Assembly (NCBI GenBank): GCA_963708025.1
Contig: CAVPSB010000048.1
Location: 1 to 52,994 of the forward strand
From: an uncultured Candidatus Rokubacteria bacterium
GTDB lineage: Bacteria; Methylomirabilota; Methylomirabilia; Rokubacteriales; DASRDR01
Reading direction: 5' to 3'
DNA length: 52,994 nucleotides
A model generated the notes under the pieces. It had not been told where the DNA came from. It worked only from the letters and a program-made list of their open reading frames with translations, and searched no databases. Positions within the stretch are counted from its first letter, which is position 1, and each line of letters begins with the position of its first letter. The translations under genes and the position numbers were made by a program. Shown piece by piece: positions 31,832 to 42,126 of this stretch.

Positions 31832-33775
31832 ATGTTCGAGCGCCTGCTGAGCCCGATCCGGATCGGGCGCCTCCACGTCCGGAACCGGGTCCTGATCACC
31901 GCCCACGCCACGAACTACGTGGATGGCCACGGCCTGCCGGACGAGCGCGCCGTCCACTACTACGCCGAGCGGGCCGGGGGCGGCGTGGGGCTCATGTGCA
32001 CCGGCGCCTCCAGCGTCCACCCCTCGAGCCCGATGGTGCGCGGCGTCACCAATGCCGCCGACCCGCGCGCCGAGGGGGCCTGGCGGGCGATCGCGGAGGC
32101 CGTTCACGCCCGGGACGGGCGGATGCTCGTGATGCTCACCCACATGGGCCGGGTGGGGCGGATGGCGGACACCCGCCCGCTGGTGGCGCCGTCGGCCCTG
32201 ATCGACGGCAACTTCCGCCAGGCCGTCCCCCACGCGCTGGATCGCCGGGAGATCGCCGCGATCGTGGCGGCGTTCGCGGCAGCGGCCGCCCGGGTGCGGG
32301 CGAGTGGCATGGACGGGATCGAGCTGCAGGGCGCCCACGGCTACCTCATCGCCCAGTTCCTCTCGCCGCTCAGCAACCGGCGGACGGACGGCTACGGGGG
32401 CGATCTGGACGGGCGGCTGCGCTTCGGCCTGGAGGTGGTAGACGCGGTTCGCCGCGCCGTCGGTCAGGATTACACGGTGGGCATCCGCCTCAGCGCGGAC
32501 GAGCTCGTCCCGGGCGGGATCACGGTCGAGGCGTCCCGCGAGATCGCGCGGCGCCTGGAGCGGACCGGCCAGCTCGACTTCCTCGACGTGAGCGCCGGCA
32601 CCGACGCCGATCTGATGAGCCTGGCCCGGCACATTCCCTCCATGTACTTCCCGCCGGGCAACCTCGTCGAGTTCGCCGCGGCGTTGAAGGCGGTCACCTC
32701 GCTGCCGGTCTTCTGCGCCGGCGCCATCCGGGATCCGCGGATGGCCGAGGAGATCCTGGCGCGCGGCCAGGCCGACATGATCGGCATGACGCGCGCCCAC
32801 ATCGCCGACGCCCACCTGGTGACGAAGGTGCGGGAGGGCCGGTTGGACGACCTCCGGCAGTGCATCGGCTGCATGCAGGCATGCCTGGAGGCGCTGGCGA
32901 ACGGGCTCCCGATCGGCTGCATCTACAACCCCGTGACCGGGCGGGAGCGGGAGTGGGCGGCCCTCGACCGGGCGCCGCGGCCGCGGCGGATCGTGGTCGT
33001 GGGCGGCGGGCCGGGAGGCATGGAGGCGGCGCGGGTGGCGGCGCTCCGCGGCCACCGGGTGACGCTCTTCGAGCGGGCCCCGGAGCTGGGCGGCCAGGTC
33101 CTCCTGGCAGCCCGCCTGCCCGAGCGGGAAAACTTCCTCCAGGTCGTCCGGTTCCTGTCCGGGCAGCTCGCGAAGCTGGGGGTGGACGTGCGGCTGGGGC
33201 GCGAGGTCGGCCCCGACGACGTGCAGGCCGAGGCGCCGGAGGCGGTGGTCGTCGCCACCGGCAGCCGGGCCGTGCTGCCGGAGCTGCCCGGCGGCGACGG
33301 CGGTCTCGTCCATGTCGAGGACGTGGTCGCGGGCCGCGCGCGCGTGGGCCGGCGGGTGCTGGTGGTTGACACGGACGGCCACCTGCGCGGCTGCGGGACG
33401 GCCGACCTGCTGGCGTCACAGGGCCGGCAGGTCGCGATCGCCGGCGAGACGCTCTACGTGGGGCAGAACATCGACATGAAGACCCTCTACCCGCTGTACC
33501 GGCGGCTCCGCGAGCGCGGGGTCGAGATGCTGCCGAGCACCCGGTTCGACGGCTGGGAGGACGGCCGCCCGGTCGTCAGCGACGTCTTCACCGGGGCCCG
33601 GCGTCGCCTGGACGTTGACACGGTGGTCTGGGCGGGGGTCGGTGCGAGCGAGGCCACCCTCGTGGAGCCGCTGCGCGCCGCCGGGCTCGAGGTCCTCGCG
33701 GTGGGGGACTGCGTGGCGCCGCGCCGGGTGGAGCACGCGGTGCACGAGGCGCACGCGGTGGCGCGGGAGCTGTGA
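31832..33775 (+). CDS. OYE-family NADH:flavin oxidoreductase with Fe-S and FAD domains
   Basis: AHGYLIAQFLSP.SN.RTD.YGG, CIGCMQAC..C, GGGPGG. Confidence 0.92.
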   Translation: MFERLLSPIRIGRLHVRNRVLITAHATNYVDGHGLPDERAVHYYAERAGGGVGLMCTGASSVHPSSPMVRGVTNAADPRAEGAWRAIAEAVHARDGRMLVMLTHMGRVGRMADTRPLVAPSALIDGNFRQAVPHALDRREIAAIVAAFAAAAARVRASGMDGIELQGAHGYLIAQFLSPLSNRRTDGYGGDLDGRLRFGLEVVDAVRRAVGQDYTVGIRLSADELVPGGITVEASREIARRLERTGQLDFLDVSAGTDADLMSLARHIPSMYFPPGNLVEFAAALKAVTSLPVFCAGAIRDPRMAEEILARGQADMIGMTRAHIADAHLVTKVREGRLDDLRQCIGCMQACLEALANGLPIGCIYNPVTGREREWAALDRAPRPRRIVVVGGGPGGMEAARVAALRGHRVTLFERAPELGGQVLLAARLPERENFLQVVRFLSGQLAKLGVDVRLGREVGPDDVQAEAPEAVVVATGSRAVLPELPGGDGGLVHVEDVVAGRARVGRRVLVVDTDGHLRGCGTADLLASQGRQVAIAGETLYVGQNIDMKTLYPLYRRLRERGVEMLPSTRFDGWEDGRPVVSDVFTGARRRLDVDTVVWAGVGASEATLVEPLRAAGLEVLAVGDCVAPRRVEHAVHEAHAVAREL

Positions 33776-33802
33776 CCGAGTCCCCCTGCGGCCGCGCGCG
33801 CC

Positions 33803-33846
33803 CTTGACACGATCGGAGTCCGCGTCGTAGCGTGGCGCCATCCCGC
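33803..33846 (+). promoter_or_regulatory. Promoter copy 2
   Basis: TTGACA-cgatcggagtccgcgtcg-TAGCGT-ggcgccatcccgc. Confidence 0.7.
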
Positions 33847-33908
33847 TGAGCCACGTCACGGACCATCGCGCCCCGGGCCATCGAGGCCTTCCAGGACAGG
33901 AGAGCAGG

Positions 33909-35963
33909 GTGCCACCGTATCGCCTCGGCATCGACATCGGAGGGACCTTCACCGACTTCAGCCTCTTCGACGAGGGGACCGGCGAGCTGGTCGGCTTCAA
34001 GTCGCCGACGGTGCCGGCCGACCCCGCCCGGGGGCTCCTCGAGGGGCTCCGGGCCTTCGTCGGCGAGCGCCCGTTCGACCCGGCGGCTCTCCGCTACCTC
34101 GTCCACGGCACCACGATCGCGATCAACACCGTCATCCAGCGGAACGGCGCCCGCCTGGGTCTCCTGGTCACCCGCGGCTTCGGGGACGTCCTGGAGATCC
34201 AGCGGCTCCGTCTCGCGAGCCCCGTCAACTTCACCGCGACCCGGCCCCTCCCGCTGATCCCCCGCTACCGCGTCGGGGAGGTGAGCGAGCGCATCCTCGC
34301 CGACGGGTCGGTCGACACGACCCTCGACCGCGAGGAGCTGGTGGCCGAGGCCCGGCGGCTCGTGGACCGGGAGGGGGCCGAGGCCCTGGTGGTCGCGTTC
34401 ATCAACGCCTACCGCGCCCCGGCCCACGAGGCGGAGGCCCGGAAGGTCCTGGCCGAGCTGTACCCGGCGGTGCCCGTCACCTGCTCCCATGAGGTGTGGC
34501 CGCAGATCCGGGAGTACGAGCGGACGATCGTCGCGATCCTCACGGCGTACGTGCGCCCGCGGGTCGTCCAGTACCTCGAGCGGCTCGAGCGCGACCTGGG
34601 CGCCGCCGGCATCCGGACGCCGCTCTACATCACGAAGTCCAACGGCGGCGTGACGACGGCGCGCGACGCGCGCCAGGCCACCGCCGAGACGCTGCTGTCC
34701 GGCCCGGCCTCCGGCGTCATCGGCGCCGCGTCGGTCTGCGTGCGGGCCGGCTACCGGAACCTGATCACCTTCGACATGGGCGGGACCAGCGCCGACATCG
34801 CGCTCGTCCGCGACGGGCAGCCGCTCTACTCGGCCGACGAGACGGTCGGCGACTTCCCGGTCGTGATGCCGGCGGTCGGCGTGTCGTCGATCGGGGCCGG
34901 CGGGGGCTCCGTCGCGTGGCTGGACCAGGTCGGGGTCCTGAAGGTGGGGCCGCGGAGCGCCGGCGCCGATCCCGGCCCCGCGTGCTACGGCCGGGGCGGC
35001 CGGGAGCCGGCGCTCTCCGACGCCTTCCTGGTCTGCGGCTTCCTCAACCCGGAGAACTTCGTCGGCGGCCGGCTCCGCCTGCATCCGGACGCCGCGGCGG
35101 CCGCGCTCCGTCCCCTGGCCGAGTCGCTCGGCCTCGACACGGACGGGGCGGCCGAGGCGGTGGTCGAGGTGGCGACGGCCAACATGTACGCGGCCTTCTC
35201 CGGCGTGCTGGCCCGCCACGGGGCCGATCCGCGCGACTTCAGCCTGGTCGCCTTCGGCGGCGCCGGGCCGATCGAGGCCTGCTTCCTGGCCGAGGAGTTC
35301 CACATCCCGCGGGTCATCGTTCCGCCGGCGCCCGGCACGCTCTGCGCGCTGGGCGCCATGAGCGCCGACGTGAAGAGCGACTACATCAAGACGCTCCACC
35401 GCCGGCTCAGCGCGATGAGCGGGCGGCTCCTGGCCGCCGAGTGCGGCGAGCTCGCCGACCGGGCGCGGCGCTGGCTGGCCGAGGAGGCCCCGTCGGTCGA
35501 GACGAGCGCCCTCCGCTTCAGCGCCGAGCTGCGCTACGTGGGCCAGGCCTTCCAGATCGACGTGCCGCTCGACCCCGCCTGGCTCGAGGACGGGTTGACG
35601 GAGCGGCTGCGGGAGGCGTTCCATCGGCTCCACGAGCAGCTGTACGCCCACGCTGACCGGGCGGCCGACGTCGAGCTGATCGACCTCCGGGCCACGATCA
35701 GCGGCGTCCTGCCCAAGCCGGAGCTGCGCCGGCTCCCGGCCGGCTCCGGGCCGCCCAGGGCCGCCGGCCGGCGGCCGATCCACTACCGCGGCCGGCGTCA
35801 CGAGGCCGCCGTCTATCACCGGGCGGACCTCCTCGCCGGCCAGCGCCTCGACGGCCCGGCCATCGTGGAGCAGGACGACACGACCACGCTGATCCCCGCG
35901 GGATTCGGGGCCGACGTTGACCCCTTCGGCAACCTCGTGATCCAGCCCGGGCAGGAGCGGTAA
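33909..35963 (+). CDS. Hydantoinase/oxoprolinase subunit A
   Basis: DIGGTFTD, HGTT, SGPASG, DMGGTS, SAGADPGPACY. Confidence 0.95.
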   Translation: MPPYRLGIDIGGTFTDFSLFDEGTGELVGFKSPTVPADPARGLLEGLRAFVGERPFDPAALRYLVHGTTIAINTVIQRNGARLGLLVTRGFGDVLEIQRLRLASPVNFTATRPLPLIPRYRVGEVSERILADGSVDTTLDREELVAEARRLVDREGAEALVVAFINAYRAPAHEAEARKVLAELYPAVPVTCSHEVWPQIREYERTIVAILTAYVRPRVVQYLERLERDLGAAGIRTPLYITKSNGGVTTARDARQATAETLLSGPASGVIGAASVCVRAGYRNLITFDMGGTSADIALVRDGQPLYSADETVGDFPVVMPAVGVSSIGAGGGSVAWLDQVGVLKVGPRSAGADPGPACYGRGGREPALSDAFLVCGFLNPENFVGGRLRLHPDAAAAALRPLAESLGLDTDGAAEAVVEVATANMYAAFSGVLARHGADPRDFSLVAFGGAGPIEACFLAEEFHIPRVIVPPAPGTLCALGAMSADVKSDYIKTLHRRLSAMSGRLLAAECGELADRARRWLAEEAPSVETSALRFSAELRYVGQAFQIDVPLDPAWLEDGLTERLREAFHRLHEQLYAHADRAADVELIDLRATISGVLPKPELRRLPAGSGPPRAAGRRPIHYRGRRHEAAVYHRADLLAGQRLDGPAIVEQDDTTTLIPAGFGADVDPFGNLVIQPGQER

Positions 35964-36003
35964 AGATGGCGGTCAAGATGAACGTGGAGCAAGCGGGGTC
36001 CTC

Positions 36004-36060
36004 CGGCCCCCCCCTCCCCCCAGTGGGTGGGGGAGGGGGCCAGAGGCCGAAGGCCGTCAA
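36004..36060. repeat. REP-like palindromic element related to 8128-8195
   Basis: ccccctcccccc..gggggagggggcc followed by agaggccgaaggccgtc. Confidence 0.6.
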
Positions 36061-36087
36061 AGGATCGGGGCGGGCGGGAGGACCCAA

Positions 36088-38069
36088 ATGATCGATCGGG
36101 TCATGCTGGAGATCCTCCGGAACCACTACCAGGCGATCGTCGAGGACATGGCGCGCATCATGGAGCGCACCGCGCACACCACGTTCGTCAAGGAGACCGC
36201 CGACTTCTCCACGGGCCTGGTCTCGGCGGGCGGGGAATACGTCGCCTACCCCTGGAGCCTCGGCGCCTCGTCGTACCTGGGCCTGAACATGGCCGGGACC
36301 CTCGCCTACTTCGACCACTACGACGACGGCGACATCGTGATCTGCAACGACGCCTACCTCTCGGGGCCGCTCTGCACGCACCTCCCCGACGTCCACATCC
36401 TCCGCCCGGTCTTCCACGAGGGCCGGATCATCGCCTGGGGCTACGCCTTCGTCCACTCCTCGGACATGGGCGGAGCCGTCCCGGCCAGCGTCTGGCCGCG
36501 GGCGACCGAGATCTTCCAGGAGGGGCTGCGGCTCCGGCCGACCAAGCTCTACCGGGCCGGCGTGCTCAACGAGGACGTCCGCAACGTGATCATGGACAAC
36601 TGCCGCATCCCCGAGCAGAACTGGGGCGACATCAAGGCCATGTGCGCGGCCGTGAACTCCTGCGAGCGGCGGGTACAGGAGATGATCCGGAAGTTCGGCA
36701 TCGCCACCGTCGTCGAGGGGATCGACGCCGTGCTCGACTACGCCGAGCAGCGGGCCCGGGCCGCCCTCGCGAAGATCCCCGACGGCACCTACCGCTTCAC
36801 CGACTACATGGAAGACGACCTCCAGTCGGACGTGCCGATCCGCCTCAAGGTCGCCCTGACGGTCGCGGGGTCCGACGTGCACCTCGACTTCACCGGCACC
36901 GACCCCCAGGTGGGCTCGGCGCTGAACGTCGCCACCGGCGGCGTCACCCACCCCTTCCTCTGCCAGGCGATCAACGCGTACATCGTCAGCGAGGACCCGC
37001 AGATCCCGAAGGCCTCGAGCATCCTCCGCTCGGTGCGGGTGACGGCACCGTCGGGGAGCGTCCTCAACTGCCGGTTTCCCGCGCCCATCGGCGTGCGCTA
37101 CGGCACCGTGCTCCGCGTCCTCGACGCCGTGCTCGGCGCCCTGGCCCAAGCGCTGCCCGGCCGCATCCCGGCCGCGCCGGCCGGCGCCATCTCCCCGGTC
37201 GTGGCCTCGGTCCTCGATCCCCTGACCGGCGCCCGCCAGGTCCAGGTGGTGGAGCCGATGCTCGGCGGCGGCGGCGGCCGCCCGGCGATGGACGGGCTCG
37301 ACGGCGCCGACTCGACGTCGGGCTTCCTCCGGAACACCCCGGTCGAGTCGATCGAGGCCGAGATCCCGATCGTCATGCGGCGCTATCACCTGATCCCGGA
37401 CACCGGGGGGCGGGCGAGCACCGGGGCGGCCTGGCTGTGCGGCTCGACTTCCAGGTCTTCCATCCGCACGCGATCGTCACCGCGCGGGGGATGGAGCGGT
37501 TCCGGCTCGAGCCGTGGGGCGTGGCCGGCGGGCGGGCCGGGACGGCCGGGAGCTGCGTCGTCAATCGCGGGAGTGCCCGGGCCCGCGACATCGGCAAGGT
37601 GGACGTGCTGCACCTGGAGCCGGGCGATCTCGTCAGCATCCTCTCGCCGAGCGGCGGCGGCCACGGGGACCCGCGGCGGCGCGATCCGGAGCGGGTGCGC
37701 ACCGACGTGCGGGCGGGCTACCTCACCCTGGCGCGGGCCCGCGAGGAGTACGGCGTGGCGCTCGTCGACGGGACGATCGACGCCGAGGCGACGGCGCGGC
37801 TCCGGGCCGCGATGCCGGCCCCGGCCGAGGGCGGGTTCGACTACGGCCAGCGCCGGGCCGAGCTGGAGCGCCGGTGGCCGCCCGCCCTCCAGGACGCGGC
37901 CGTGCGCCTCCTGGAGGGCGTGCCGTTCGCCGTGCGCGACTGGGGCAAGCACCAGATCTACGCCGCCGTGCAGGCGATCGCGGCCACCCGGCCCCCGACG
38001 GTCGCCGACGTCGAGGCGGCCTGGCGCGACATCCGCGCCCGCCTCACCCGCGCCCTGGGCGAGGCCTGA
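36088..38069 (+). CDS. Hydantoinase B/oxoprolinase subunit; frameshift near 37410
   Basis: NDAY, THLPD, HSSDMGG, EIFQEG, DFTGTDPQ, NTPVE, GGGHGDP. Confidence 0.93.
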
Positions 38070-38212
38070 CCGCTTCACCATGGGCGCGCGCGACGCACCG
38101 GTGCCCGGCCTTCCGGGCCGGGGCCCGCCGGCTCCCGGCGGTCGCCGCCTCCTGCCGTACCAGCCCTTCAGCACCGAGACGGGCGAGGCCCGGCCTCGCC
38201 GGAGGATCGACC

Positions 38213-39409
38213 ATGCGGAGCAAACTGACCCTGGTGGCCGTCGCCGCGTTGCTGCTGGCTCTCGCCTCGCCTGGTTCTGCCGCCGACAGCACGCAAGGCA
38301 TCACCGACACGACGATCAAGATCGGGAACATGGGCCCGTACACCGGGGACGCCTCGAGCTACAGCGCCCTCAACTACGGGCCACTCGCCTACTTCCGCGC
38401 CATCAACGCCCAGGGCGGGGTCCACGGGCGGAAGTTCGAGCTGGTGACGGCCGACGACGCCTGCAAGGAGACCACCGGCATCGCGGCCGCCAAGAAGCTC
38501 ATCTACCAGGATAAGGTCTTCATGCTGCTGGTCGTCCCGTGCAGCGGGGTGGCGATGGCCATCAAGCCGATCCTGGAGCAGGAGGGCATTCCGTGGATCG
38601 GGGTGTCGGCCAACCCGAAGCTCACCACCCCGACCGTGCCCAACATGTTCCACGTCACCTACACGGGGGTGTATTCCGGCCGGGCCATGGCGCGCTTCGC
38701 CCTCAGCAAACCGAACACGAAGAAGGTCATCCTCGTCCAGCACACGAACGACTGGGCCCGCGGCTACTGTGACCCCGCCACCGCGTTCATGAAGGAGAAG
38801 GGCGTGGAGCCCGTGATGTCGCTGGCCCTGGAGCGGGGGTCGACGGACGCCACCGCCCAGGTGCTCCGGATCAAGAGCGCCCAGGCCGACTTCGTCCTGG
38901 GCTGCCTCTACGAGGCGGAGCTGGCGATCTTCCTGCGGGACCTCCACAAGTACGGGGTGAGCGTGCCCGTCATCGGGGCGCTGGGCGCGGACTTCGAGAA
39001 CACGCTCAAGCGCGTCAACAACCCGGCGGCGGTCAAGAGCTTCTACCTGCCGTACCAGTTCAAGGCTCCGCTCGGCAGCCCCGACATGAAGAAGTGGGAA
39101 GAGCTCTTCGTGAAGCACCTGGAGAAGAGCGAGCTGCCCGAGAACGGGGTGCCCACCAACTTCTACTATTTCGGCCTCCCGACGGCGATCGCGACCGTGG
39201 AAGCGTTCAAGCGGGCGGGGCCGAACCCGACCCGCGAGAAGTTCTTCGCCGCGCTGGAGTCGTTCAAGGACTTCGACACCGGCGTCCTGGCCGACCGGGT
39301 GACCCTCGCCAAGGACAATCACGTCGGCGTCCACGACATGTATGCCGTCGGCCTGAACGAGCAGGGGAAAGAGGTCGTCTACACCGGCTGGGGCAAGCCG
39401 CTCCAGTGA
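38213..39409 (+). CDS. Liv-type ABC substrate-binding protein
   Basis: Signal peptide; GITDTTIKIG, INAQGGVHGRK. Confidence 0.9.
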   Translation: MRSKLTLVAVAALLLALASPGSAADSTQGITDTTIKIGNMGPYTGDASSYSALNYGPLAYFRAINAQGGVHGRKFELVTADDACKETTGIAAAKKLIYQDKVFMLLVVPCSGVAMAIKPILEQEGIPWIGVSANPKLTTPTVPNMFHVTYTGVYSGRAMARFALSKPNTKKVILVQHTNDWARGYCDPATAFMKEKGVEPVMSLALERGSTDATAQVLRIKSAQADFVLGCLYEAELAIFLRDLHKYGVSVPVIGALGADFENTLKRVNNPAAVKSFYLPYQFKAPLGSPDMKKWEELFVKHLEKSELPENGVPTNFYYFGLPTAIATVEAFKRAGPNPTREKFFAALESFKDFDTGVLADRVTLAKDNHVGVHDMYAVGLNEQGKEVVYTGWGKPLQ

Positions 39410-39438
39410 GCGGGGGCTGACGCCGGGGAGGGCCGGCG

Positions 39439-40308
39439 GTGCTCGCGCAGCTCGTCGTGAGCGGCCTCGCTCAGGGCGTGCTCTACGCCCTGGTGGCGCT
39501 GTCCATGACCATGGTCTACCGGGCCACCACGGTGGTGAACTTCGGCCACGGGGACCTGGTCATGGGCGGCGCGTTCGTCGTCTATGTGTTAGTGGTCTAC
39601 GCCCGCCTCCCCTACCTGGTCGGCGGCGCCCTGGCCCTGGCGATCCTCTTCGGCCTCGGGCTCGCCATCCACCGGGGCCTGATCCGGCCCATCGTCGCCG
39701 GCCCCCACCTCGCTCTCGCCATGATGGCCCTCGCCGTCGGCTACGCCCTCCGCGGGGGGGCGCGGCTCCTGTGGGGGCGCGAGGTGCTGCCGTTTCCCCG
39801 GATCTTCCCGGAGTGGACGGCCACGATCGGCTCGGTGGTGGTCACGGGGGACAACGTGGTCATCGGCGGCGTCGTCCTCACCCTGATGGCCGCCCTGTTC
39901 GTGCTCTTCCACGCCTCCCCCGTCGGCAAGCTCATCCAGGCCGTCTTCCAGAGCCAGCGGGGGGCGGCCCTGGTCGGGATCAACGTGGCGGCGTTCCACG
40001 GCGTCATGTGGGGGGCGGGCGCCGCCCTGGCGGCCCTTGGCGGCGTCCTGCTGGCTCCGGTCACGCTGCTCTATCCCGACATGGGGGTCTGGGTCCTCGT
40101 CCGGGGCTTCGCCGCCATGACCCTCGGCGGGTTCGGCTCGCTCCACGGGGCGGTGATCGGCGGGCTGGTGCTGGGCGTCATGGAGCTGGTCCTCGGCGCC
40201 TACGTCTCGACCGCCTTCATCGACGTCTCCGCGTACGTCGTCGCGATCGCCGTCCTCCTGATCCGCCCCGACGGGTTGTTCGGCCGCCACACCGTCGTCC
40301 GTGTCTAG
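39439..40308 (+). CDS. Liv-type ABC permease (LivH-like)
   Basis: VVNFGHG, LGGFGS, RPDGLFG. Confidence 0.92.
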   Translation: MLAQLVVSGLAQGVLYALVALSMTMVYRATTVVNFGHGDLVMGGAFVVYVLVVYARLPYLVGGALALAILFGLGLAIHRGLIRPIVAGPHLALAMMALAVGYALRGGARLLWGREVLPFPRIFPEWTATIGSVVVTGDNVVIGGVVLTLMAALFVLFHASPVGKLIQAVFQSQRGAALVGINVAAFHGVMWGAGAALAALGGVLLAPVTLLYPDMGVWVLVRGFAAMTLGGFGSLHGAVIGGLVLGVMELVLGAYVSTAFIDVSAYVVAIAVLLIRPDGLFGRHTVVRV

Positions 40309-40313
40309 CCGAC

Positions 40314-41303
40314 ATGACGGAGCCTGAGGCGGCGGCCGTCGCCGGGCGGAAGGCGGCCCGGCCCGGCCGGCTCGTCTTCCTCCTCGTCCCGCTCCTCGCC
40401 CTCCCGCTCCCGTTCCTCGTGAACCAGTACATCCAGTTCGTCGTGAACCTGATCCTGGTGTACGTCCTGGTGGGCGTGGGCTTCAACATCGTCATCGGGA
40501 ACCTGGGGCAGCTCGCCTTCGCCAACGTCGCCGTATTCGGCCTCGGGGCCTACACGGCCGGCATCCTCATGGCCCGGGCCGGCTGGGAGTGGTGGCTCAC
40601 GATCGTGCCGGCCGGACTGGTCGGCGCGCTGGCCGGCGTGCTGGCCAGCCTCCCGGCCCTCCGCCGCATCCGGCTCTTCTACCTCGCCATCATGACCATG
40701 GCGTTCGGCGAGCTGATGCGCTGGATCTACATCCGGGCGGAGCCGCTGACCAACGGCTCCATGGGGCTCTCGGTGCCGGTGCCCCGGCTGTTCGGCTATC
40801 CCCTGGTGACCGACCGCGCCAAGTTCTACGTGTTCCTGGTCATCGTGGTTCTCGTGGTGGTCCTCACCTCGAGTCTCCTCCGCTCGCGGTTCGGGCGCGC
40901 CTTCATGGCCATCAAGGACAACGAGGTGGCCGCCGCCGCGGTCGGGATCCCGACCGGGCAGTACTTCGTGCTCGCGTTCGGCTGGAGCGGCTTCGTCGTC
41001 GGGGTCGGCGGCGCGCTCTACGCTGCGCTCATCGGGCACGTCACGCCGGAGGCCTTCAACCTGCTCGAGCTGATCCTGCACTTCGCGATCGTGATGGTGG
41101 GCGGGCTGGCCAGCCTCTCCGGCTCGGTCATCGGGGCGGTCGTCCTCACCGCGACCCCCGAGCTGGTCCGCGGGTACGCGGGCGTCCAGGAGCTGGTGCT
41201 GGCCGTCCTCATCATCGTGGTGCTGCTGGCCTTGCCGCGGGGCCTGGTGAGCCTCCTGGCCCTCCGGTTCCGGGTCTTCCGCGAGGACTACCACCGCGAG
41301 TGA
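40314..41303 (+). CDS. Liv-type ABC permease (LivM-like)
   Basis: GQLAFA, FGLGAY, YLAIMTMAFGE, SRFGRAF, PRGL. Confidence 0.92.
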   Translation: MTEPEAAAVAGRKAARPGRLVFLLVPLLALPLPFLVNQYIQFVVNLILVYVLVGVGFNIVIGNLGQLAFANVAVFGLGAYTAGILMARAGWEWWLTIVPAGLVGALAGVLASLPALRRIRLFYLAIMTMAFGELMRWIYIRAEPLTNGSMGLSVPVPRLFGYPLVTDRAKFYVFLVIVVLVVVLTSSLLRSRFGRAFMAIKDNEVAAAAVGIPTGQYFVLAFGWSGFVVGVGGALYAALIGHVTPEAFNLLELILHFAIVMVGGLASLSGSVIGAVVLTATPELVRGYAGVQELVLAVLIIVVLLALPRGLVSLLALRFRVFREDYHRE

Positions 41304-41349
41304 CACCGTTGTATCAGCGATCGGTGCCGGCCGTCAACGGATCGGGTGG

Positions 41350-42126
41350 GTGGGAGGTCCCAAACTGACACCCCTCCTCGAGCTGAGCGAGGTGACGGTT
41401 CGCTACGGCGGCCTGACCGCGGTGTCCGGGGTGTCGCTGACGGTCGAGCCGGGCACCGTCCGGGCGATCATCGGGCCGAATGGCGCGGGGAAGACGAGCC
41501 TCTTCAACGCCATCACCGGCCACGCCGTGCTGGCCGGCGGGGCCATCCGGCTCCGGGGCGAGCGGATCGACGGCCTCACCCCCCACGCGGTCTCGGCGAA
41601 GGGGGTACGCCGGACGTTCCAGAACGGCGGGCTCTTCGGAGAGCTGAGCGCGCTCGAGAACGTGCTGGCCGGGCTGCACGCCGAGATCCCGAGCCGCTTC
41701 GCGGCACTCCTGCTCGGAGCGGCGAGCGCCCGGCGCGCCGAGGCCCGGGCCACCGCGCGCGCCCGGGAGCTCCTGGCCCTCATGGGCATCGCCGGCGTGG
41801 CCGACCAGCCCGCCCGCGAGCTGTCGGGCGGCCAGCAGCGGATGGTCGAGATCGTCCGGGCGCTGGCCACCAACCCGCCGCTGCTCCTGCTCGACGAGCC
41901 GGCGGTCGGCCTGGCCCCGCCCGTGCGCGAGGAGCTCCTGCGGCTCATCCGGCGGCTCGTCCAGGGGCAGGGGATCGCGGTGATCCTCATCGAGCACGCC
42001 ATCGAGTTCGTGATGAGCGTGTCAGACACCATCGTCGTGCTCAACGAGGGCCGGGTCATCGCCGAGGGGACGCCGGCCGAGCTACCGCGGAACCGGGAGG
42101 TCCTGGAGGCCTACCTTGGCCACTGA
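41350..42126 (+). CDS. ABC ATP-binding protein (LivG-like); start approximate
   Basis: GPNGAGKT, LSGGQ, LLLDEP, EAYLG. Confidence 0.93.
   Translation: MGGPKLTPLLELSEVTVRYGGLTAVSGVSLTVEPGTVRAIIGPNGAGKTSLFNAITGHAVLAGGAIRLRGERIDGLTPHAVSAKGVRRTFQNGGLFGELSALENVLAGLHAEIPSRFAALLLGAASARRAEARATARARELLALMGIAGVADQPARELSGGQQRMVEIVRALATNPPLLLLDEPAVGLAPPVREELLRLIRRLVQGQGIAVILIEHAIEFVMSVSDTIVVLNEGRVIAEGTPAELPRNREVLEAYLGH

Noticed and set aside
36088-39409. 808-aa hydantoinase B and 631-aa SBP ORFs
   Set aside because: The extensions are off-frame read-through; the real bounds are 36088-38069 and 38213-39409.
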